Shown here: positions 58,598-64,000 of the stretch, in pieces
How the letters are laid out: each line of letters begins with the position of its first letter
How positions within the stretch are numbered: the stretch's first letter is position 1
NCBI GenBank assembly: GCA_045600905.1
Contig: JAZRYT010000054.1
Span: forward strand, 2,053 to 66,052
Reading direction: 5' to 3'
From: Bacteroidales bacterium
GTDB taxonomy: Bacteria > Bacteroidota > Bacteroidia > Bacteroidales > WCHB1-69
Length of the DNA: 64,000 nt
Program-made: the position numbers and the translations under genes
Notes under the pieces: model-generated
Database searches by the model: none
What the model was told of the DNA's origin: nothing
Seen by the model: the letters and a program-made list of their open reading frames with translations, nothing else

Positions 58598-59578
58598 ATG
58601 GACATAAACACAAAAAACGACGTAGAAGCTATTGAGGCTTTTGTTGACAAATACAAAGAACTACGCAAAGAAATCGCGAAAGTCATCGTCGGACAAGATG
58701 ACGTAGTAAAAAACATATTGATGGCTATGTTCAGCCGCAGCCATGCCCTTCTGATTGGTGTCCCCGGCTTGGCTAAAACATTGATGATCACCACTATTGC
58801 CAAGGCTGTGGATATGAGTTACAACCGTATCCAGTTCACGCCCGACTTGATGCCATCCGACATTATGGGTGCTGAAATCTTAGACGACAGCCGTAATTTC
58901 AAATTCGTCAAAGGACCGATATTCGCCAACATCGTCCTGGCCGATGAAATCAACCGTACACCGCCTAAGACTCAATCCGCCCTTTTGGAAGCTATGCAGG
59001 AGCGTTCCGTCAGTATGAACGGCACCACCTACGCCCTACCCGACCCCTTCTTCGTATTGGCCACCCAAAACCCGATTGAGCAGGAAGGTACTTATCCGCT
59101 TCCGGAAGCCCAACAGGACCGTTTTATGTTCAACATCAAATTGGATTATCCGACCAAAGACGAGGAAATCCAAATTGTTAAAAGCACCATCAACGGCGAT
59201 ATGCAGGAACCGAACCGCGTGCTGACAGTGGAAGACATCGTCTTCTATCAGAAGCTGCTCCAAAAGATTCCCGTTCCCGAGAACGTCTATCGCTATGCCG
59301 TGAATCTGGCCACCTTAACACGTCCCGGCACATCCAGCGGTCATCAATGGGCACACGACTATCTTTCCTGGGGCGCCGGTCCGCGTGCTTCCCAATTCCT
59401 CATCATCGGTGCCAGAACACACGCCGTCCTCAACGGCAAATACTCGCCCGACATCGAAGATGTGAAAGCTGTCGCCTACAACATCCTTCGCCATCGTATC
59501 ATTAAAAACTACAAGGCCGAAGCCGAAGGCATCACCATCGAACAGATTATTGACAAGCTGCTTGCAGCTGCCGAATAA
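58598..59578 (+). CDS. moxR: MoxR-family AAA+ ATPase
   Basis: GQDDVVKNILMAMFSRSHALLIGVPGLAKT, ADEINRTPPKTQSALLEAMQE, and FFVLATQNPIEQEGTYPLPEAQQDRF. Confidence 0.92.
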   Translation: MDINTKNDVEAIEAFVDKYKELRKEIAKVIVGQDDVVKNILMAMFSRSHALLIGVPGLAKTLMITTIAKAVDMSYNRIQFTPDLMPSDIMGAEILDDSRNFKFVKGPIFANIVLADEINRTPPKTQSALLEAMQERSVSMNGTTYALPDPFFVLATQNPIEQEGTYPLPEAQQDRFMFNIKLDYPTKDEEIQIVKSTINGDMQEPNRVLTVEDIVFYQKLLQKIPVPENVYRYAVNLATLTRPGTSSGHQWAHDYLSWGAGPRASQFLIIGARTHAVLNGKYSPDIEDVKAVAYNILRHRIIKNYKAEAEGITIEQIIDKLLAAAE

Positions 59579-59584
59579 AGCCTA

Positions 59585-59611
59585 AGCGGAGCTTTTACAG
59601 CTCCGCTTTTT
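59585..59611 (+). terminator. Rho-independent terminator after moxR
   Basis: AGCGGAGC (59585-59592) pairs with GCTCCGCT (59600-59607) across a 7-nt loop, followed by TTTT. Confidence 0.7.
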
Positions 59612-59689
59612 GTATCACGACCCATCGAATACAATATTATTTATACTATTTCGTTAATTGGGCCTATCTTTTGCGTCAAAACACCTGAT

Positions 59690-61195
59690 ATGAAAAACAA
59701 TCTGCACAAGCCACGATGGAAATGGTTGCTCTTCCTAACCGCAACCGTCGTTTTCTTCTTCATCATATACCACACCAACAAGCTCATCAACAACATCGCC
59801 CAAGAAGAGCGCAAACGTGTTGAGATTTGGGCCGGCGCCATTTCCTACAAAGCCCAGTTTGTGAATGAAACCGAACGATTCTTCAACTCCATCAAATTGG
59901 AAGAAGGCAATCACGCCAAAATTCTGGCATCAGCCATCCAACGAATGTCCGAAGCTGACTGGGATGAAGACATCACTTTCTATCAAGATATTATCTCCTC
60001 CAATAAAACCATTCCCATTATCGTCACCAGCAACGGAGGCAATATAGACGCCGCTGTCAACATCCCCGACAGTATCGCCAATATGAAGAGTATTCACGAA
60101 ATCGGCGATGACATCAAACTTTTCGACAGCCTGAAACTTCGTTATATTGACAACAAATACCTGACTGTTTATTATCAGGAATCCCCCTTTTACGGAGACT
60201 TGCACGTGGTTATCGACAACCTCATCCAATCTTTCTTCCAGGAAACCGTCATCAATTCGGCTTCCGTTCCCGTCATCATCACTGACAGCACCCAAAAGAA
60301 CGTCCTCAATGCCGGAAACATCGATTCCACGACTTTGACAGACAAACATCTGCTCAACATTCAGTTGAACAAAATGAAAGAAGAGAACACTCCCATTGAG
60401 TTAAATCTTCTCAATTTAGGCAAATGCTACGTCTTTTATGAAGAATCCTCTGTCCTGAAAAAGCTCCGCATCTTCCCCATCATCCAATTCGGCTTCATCG
60501 TTTTGTTCGTACTCGTAGCATACCTGCTCTTCAGCATAACCCGGAAAGCAGAGCAGAACCGCGTATGGGTGGGTATGAGCAAGGAAACCGCCCATCAATT
60601 GGGAACACCGATTTCCTCACTGATGGCTTGGACGGAATTGTTGAAGGAAATGCCTGTTGACCAATCCATCCCGACCGAAATAGGGAAAGACGTGAAGCGA
60701 TTGGAAACTATTGCCCAACGTTTCTCCAAAATCGGCTCCGCGCCAGTCCTTGAGCCAAATGACATCGTGGTCGTCATCGACGAGTTCTCACAATATCTGC
60801 AGTCCCGCATTTCCTCGATGGTTTCCATCACTTTCAACAAACCGACTTCCGAAAGCATCATGCTGCCCCTCAACCGCTATCTCTTCGAATGGGTGGTGGA
60901 GAATCTCTGCAAAAACGCAGTGGATGCGATGGATGGCAAAGGTTCCATCACCATTGATATTATCGAAGAAAAAAACAAGGTATTTATCGATATCACCGAT
61001 ACGGGCAAAGGCATTCCCAACAAATTGCAAAAACGCATTTTCTCGCCCGGCTACACCTCCAAAAGCCGCGGTTGGGGCCTCGGCTTGACGTTGGCAAAAC
61101 GTATCATCAACGAATACCACAAAGGCAAACTCTTTGTCAAGTCTTCCGTTATCGACCAGGGAACGGTAATGAGAATACAACTCAGAAAATCCTAA
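59690..61195 (+). CDS. Membrane sensor histidine kinase (no adjacent response regulator)
   Basis: Two TM segments flank a 230-aa periplasmic region. H-box ETAHQLGTPISSL, N-box ENLCKNAVDA, G1 DTGKGIP, G2 GWGLGL. Confidence 0.85.
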   Translation: MKNNLHKPRWKWLLFLTATVVFFFIIYHTNKLINNIAQEERKRVEIWAGAISYKAQFVNETERFFNSIKLEEGNHAKILASAIQRMSEADWDEDITFYQDIISSNKTIPIIVTSNGGNIDAAVNIPDSIANMKSIHEIGDDIKLFDSLKLRYIDNKYLTVYYQESPFYGDLHVVIDNLIQSFFQETVINSASVPVIITDSTQKNVLNAGNIDSTTLTDKHLLNIQLNKMKEENTPIELNLLNLGKCYVFYEESSVLKKLRIFPIIQFGFIVLFVLVAYLLFSITRKAEQNRVWVGMSKETAHQLGTPISSLMAWTELLKEMPVDQSIPTEIGKDVKRLETIAQRFSKIGSAPVLEPNDIVVVIDEFSQYLQSRISSMVSITFNKPTSESIMLPLNRYLFEWVVENLCKNAVDAMDGKGSITIDIIEEKNKVFIDITDTGKGIPNKLQKRIFSPGYTSKSRGWGLGLTLAKRIINEYHKGKLFVKSSVIDQGTVMRIQLRKS

Positions 61196-61228
61196 TTCGG
61201 AGAAAAATCCATACTATTCAACATAAAA

Positions 61229-61256
61229 ACGGCACTACATTCAAATGCAGTGCCGT
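61229..61256 (-). terminator. Hairpin terminator between convergent genes
   Basis: ACGGCACTaCAT-tcaa-ATGcAGTGCCGT. On the minus strand TTTTAT follows, which suits the oxidoreductase gene. Confidence 0.5.
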
Positions 61257-61281
61257 AAAATATTATCGGAGCAAGAATCTG

Positions 61282-64000
61282 TTATTGGAAAGCATTTTCA
61301 CTCAAGCCGTCCCCGCTGATGGCCAAACGATCCATATACGACGGGGCTTCGCGTCCGAGATACTTGTCAACGTAAATCTTAGCCAAGTACTGGCCGAGCA
61401 TAAATCCGTGGCCACGCATACCGACCAGCAAGCCGTGCTCGGGATCCACGATGTAACGTGGTTCAGTGTAATAGCCTGCCCACGTTGCCTGGAAACTCAC
61501 GTTCTTCAACTGAGGAATCCAATCGATGAACATTTGAGCACAAACTTCCAAGAAGTCCTGCGTATTGTACTTCAATTCCTTGCCTGCCTCCTGATTTTCA
61601 AATCGCGGAGAGGCACAACCGATAATCTGGCCGGTTTCTGCGAACTGTTGTCCATATACGGCAGAGAATCCTTTGATTTTTCTACGGTCAATGAGCATAT
61701 CCAAGGCATCACCGTTTTTACCCAACATCGGCAGACGATGCGTAATGAATGCCTGATGTTTGATTGGATACAGGCCCAAATACATACCTAATTGTTCGGC
61801 AAACTTGTTGGCACCCGGTCCGAGGGCATTGGCGAAGTGTTCGCAATGGTATTCAACATATTCTTTATTATGATTCTGGACCAAAGCCATAAAACCCTTG
61901 GCTGTCTTTTGAACTTCTATGAGTTTGCAGTCTTCCAAAAGCACGCCGCCCTTTTCGATAGCGATATTGCGGATGTAGTTGATAGTCGGACCCGGCGTTG
62001 CCTGCCAACAGGCATTGGTAATACAGGCAGCCTGATACGTATCCAAGTTAGGATTGAAATACGGAGAAACCTCTTTGACAAAATCTTTTTTATCCACCAT
62101 ATAACCATCAGACCAACCTAACGACTTCTCTAAAGCCTTGTAGTTGGCCTCATCGTGCGCGAAGCTGACATAGCGAGTCGGCTTGTAGTTGATATTGGTG
62201 ACTTTCTGAATTTCCTCGAAAATGGCACGATTGTGTACGGCGATGTCGGCGATTTCCGGAACGGAGAAGCTGGGACGTCCGCCGCCAATACAACGCCAGG
62301 AGGAACCGCGTTCGGCATTACAGAGCACGACCTTCTTGCCTGCTTCTGCAAAATAGCGGAACAAACCACTACCCGTGATACCGCCACCAGCCACAAAGAC
62401 GTCGCATTCCACCTTCTTAGTCGGATTTCCATTTACATTGGTTACAAAAGCAGCAGGCTTGCCGCTCGGACAAAGTTCGCCGATGTTGAGTTGTGAGGAG
62501 AGTGGTCCACGCGGAGTGGCATCACCCACAACCTCAACGCCATAGCCGGCCAAAAGCAACTTCACACGCGGAATACAGCGCTTGCCACGGCACGGTCCCA
62601 TACCTATACGGGTGATATGCTTCAATTCATCTACAGAAATGATTTTCTTTCCTTTGACAGCTTCCAAAATCTTGTCTATCTTCACATCGTCGCAATGACA
62701 AACGTATGCGGGATCTTCCTTCAAATCTTCAGCTTTCTGCCAATCCAGAAGCTTAGGATATCTGTCTTTCAGCACAAATCCGGTGACTTCCATCAGGGCA
62801 TCGCCAGTGAGCGTCAGCGATTTCACGCGGGCCACATTGGTCTTATTCTCACCCTTTGTGATTTTCTCGATAATACCTTCACCGATATTTTCGCCATTGT
62901 CATTGACCAAATATACTTCGGCATTTTCTTCGGCATCATATTCAAACGGCAGGAACAACCAGTTTTTCGGGATATTGTAGCCAAACAATGCCAAACCCGG
63001 ACAATGGTTGACGCACTTCATACAACCGATACATTTGTTGTAATCAATTTGCGGCACGCAGTTGGTGGCCAGCTTGGTGATAGCACCTTGCGGACAGGAG
63101 AAAGAGCACGGGTTGCAGGCAAAGCCATAAAGGCAGTCGGCCATCACAAACGGCTTGGCGAGTCGTTCGCCACACGGACGGTTTGGTTTGTCAAGCACGC
63201 GAACCGGATGTTGTTGAGAATCCGCATAATCTTTCGTCACGGCCAAATAATCATCATAATTGAAACGCACGCCCATAGATTGAGCGATTTCCATAGCGGC
63301 CTGCTTGCCGCGGAGAACAGCACACGTACCCTCGCCCACGCGTGTGGCATCACCCACACCATACGTATTGAGGCCGAAGGTGACTTTGCCTTTTTCCAAA
63401 ATAAGATTGTCGGGTTTCAAGCCCGTACAAATATTAATCAAGTCAATATCTTTAATGATTTGCTCCGTGCCGGGCACCGGTTTGAAGTTCTTGCATTCCG
63501 CAATGACGGCGCCTACCACGCCGGTGTGGTCCTCGTTGGGAATAGCCTTGAGCAAAGTATGTGACGTGATGATGGGAATGCCCAGACGGCGTACGCGGTT
63601 GGCCTGCACGGGGAAACCGCCCTCGTGGTCCATCGCTTCCACAATGGCAACAACCTGCGCGCCGGCCTGCATTGCCTGATAAGAAGTCAGATAACCGATG
63701 TTGCCGGCGCCAATGGTCAGGATGCGCTTGCCGAGAAGCGTGTGCTGCAAGTTCATCATCTTTTGTACAACAGCAGCCGTATAAACGCCTGGCAGGTCGT
63801 CGTTTTCAAAAGTAGGCATAAACGGGAAAGCACCCGTGGCAACCACCAAATAGTTGGCATCCACAAAATAAATGCTGTTGTCTTCCATATTCTTGACGGC
63901 CACGCGCTTGCCCTCTAAAATATCCCAGACCGTACTGTTGAGCATAATGCCGGAATGGTCGTCGCCTGCCAAAGTCTTGGCAATATCAAAGCCACGCATT
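61282..64000 (-). CDS. Fused multi-domain oxidoreductase (pyridine-nucleotide-disulfide-type reductase + 4Fe-4S ferredoxin + BFD-like 2Fe-2S + DAO-type FAD oxidase); 5' end probably outside the window
   Basis: In the visible part, N to C: NAD Rossmann ILTIGAGNIGYL; CIGCMKCVNHCP preceded by CNPCSFSCP; VCHCDDV...GPCRGKRC; DVFVAGGGITGSG followed by a DAO-like remainder. The expected first FAD Rossmann motif is missing, so the ATG at 63997-63999 is probably internal. Confidence 0.78.
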   Translation of the reverse strand, partial: MRGFDIAKTLAGDDHSGIMLNSTVWDILEGKRVAVKNMEDNSIYFVDANYLVVATGAFPFMPTFENDDLPGVYTAAVVQKMMNLQHTLLGKRILTIGAGNIGYLTSYQAMQAGAQVVAIVEAMDHEGGFPVQANRVRRLGIPIITSHTLLKAIPNEDHTGVVGAVIAECKNFKPVPGTEQIIKDIDLINICTGLKPDNLILEKGKVTFGLNTYGVGDATRVGEGTCAVLRGKQAAMEIAQSMGVRFNYDDYLAVTKDYADSQQHPVRVLDKPNRPCGERLAKPFVMADCLYGFACNPCSFSCPQGAITKLATNCVPQIDYNKCIGCMKCVNHCPGLALFGYNIPKNWLFLPFEYDAEENAEVYLVNDNGENIGEGIIEKITKGENKTNVARVKSLTLTGDALMEVTGFVLKDRYPKLLDWQKAEDLKEDPAYVCHCDDVKIDKILEAVKGKKIISVDELKHITRIGMGPCRGKRCIPRVKLLLAGYGVEVVGDATPRGPLSSQLNIGELCPSGKPAAFVTNVNGNPTKKVECDVFVAGGGITGSGLFRYFAEAGKKVVLCNAERGSSWRCIGGGRPSFSVPEIADIAVHNRAIFEEIQKVTNINYKPTRYVSFAHDEANYKALEKSLGWSDGYMVDKKDFVKEVSPYFNPNLDTYQAACITNACWQATPGPTINYIRNIAIEKGGVLLEDCKLIEVQKTAKGFMALVQNHNKEYVEYHCEHFANALGPGANKFAEQLGMYLGLYPIKHQAFITHRLPMLGKNGDALDMLIDRRKIKGFSAVYGQQFAETGQIIGCASPRFENQEAGKELKYNTQDFLEVCAQMFIDWIPQLKNVSFQATWAGYYTEPRYIVDPEHGLLVGMRGHGFMLGQYLAKIYVDKYLGREAPSYMDRLAISGDGLSENAFQ

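Noticed and set aside
1-64000. CRISPR arrays, rRNA genes, IS elements, integrases and prophage genes.
   Set aside because: I found no regularly spaced direct repeats, no rRNA-like stretches, and no transposase or integrase motifs in any track ORF. The R-M island therefore has no definable mobile-element borders.

Overview
This is a chromosomal window from a Bacteroidota (Bacteroidales-like) genome. The evidence is T9SS C-terminal sorting domains, a PorP/SprF gene, recurrent TAnnTTTG -7 promoter boxes, and the phylum-typical minus-strand block secE-nusG-rplK-rplA-rplJ-rplL-rpoB-rpoC-DUF3467 (2.0-13.6 kb). I support about 45 protein genes, one tRNA-Gln(CTG), and an rpmH gene that falls below the ORF-track size cutoff. 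Housekeeping content: ABC-F ATPase, trmB, an MsbA-like ABC exporter, mazG, proS, udk, rarA, rlmB, a YfcE-like phosphoesterase, a miaA-like gene, corA, ruvC, rluD, a SurA-like PPIase, moxR, an orphan histidine kinase, and a large fused FAD/FeS oxidoreductase whose 5' end lies outside the window. The accessory content is visibly more AT-rich and includes seven items. (1) A 3481-aa T9SS-sorted giant surface protein built from several repeat families (16.5-26.9 kb). (2) A tight four-gene envelope operon of unknown function (31.6-36.8 kb), led by a lipoprotein with an extreme Tyr/Trp block and a Ser-repeat tail. (3) A second Ser/Thr-rich secreted protein apparently co-transcribed with a T9SS-sorted C10 (streptopain-like) protease. 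(4) An Avd-like four-helix-bundle gene. (5) A PorP/SprF plus PD40/OmpA-like pair. (6) A PorP frame fused in-frame to rarA, with a stranded ATG one A away. (7) A low-GC type II restriction-modification pair (48.3-50.3 kb). I saw no rRNA, CRISPR array, transposase or integrase. All calls rest on by-eye motif recognition in the supplied translations and hand inspection of the DNA. No searches were run, so family names are recognition-level assignments.
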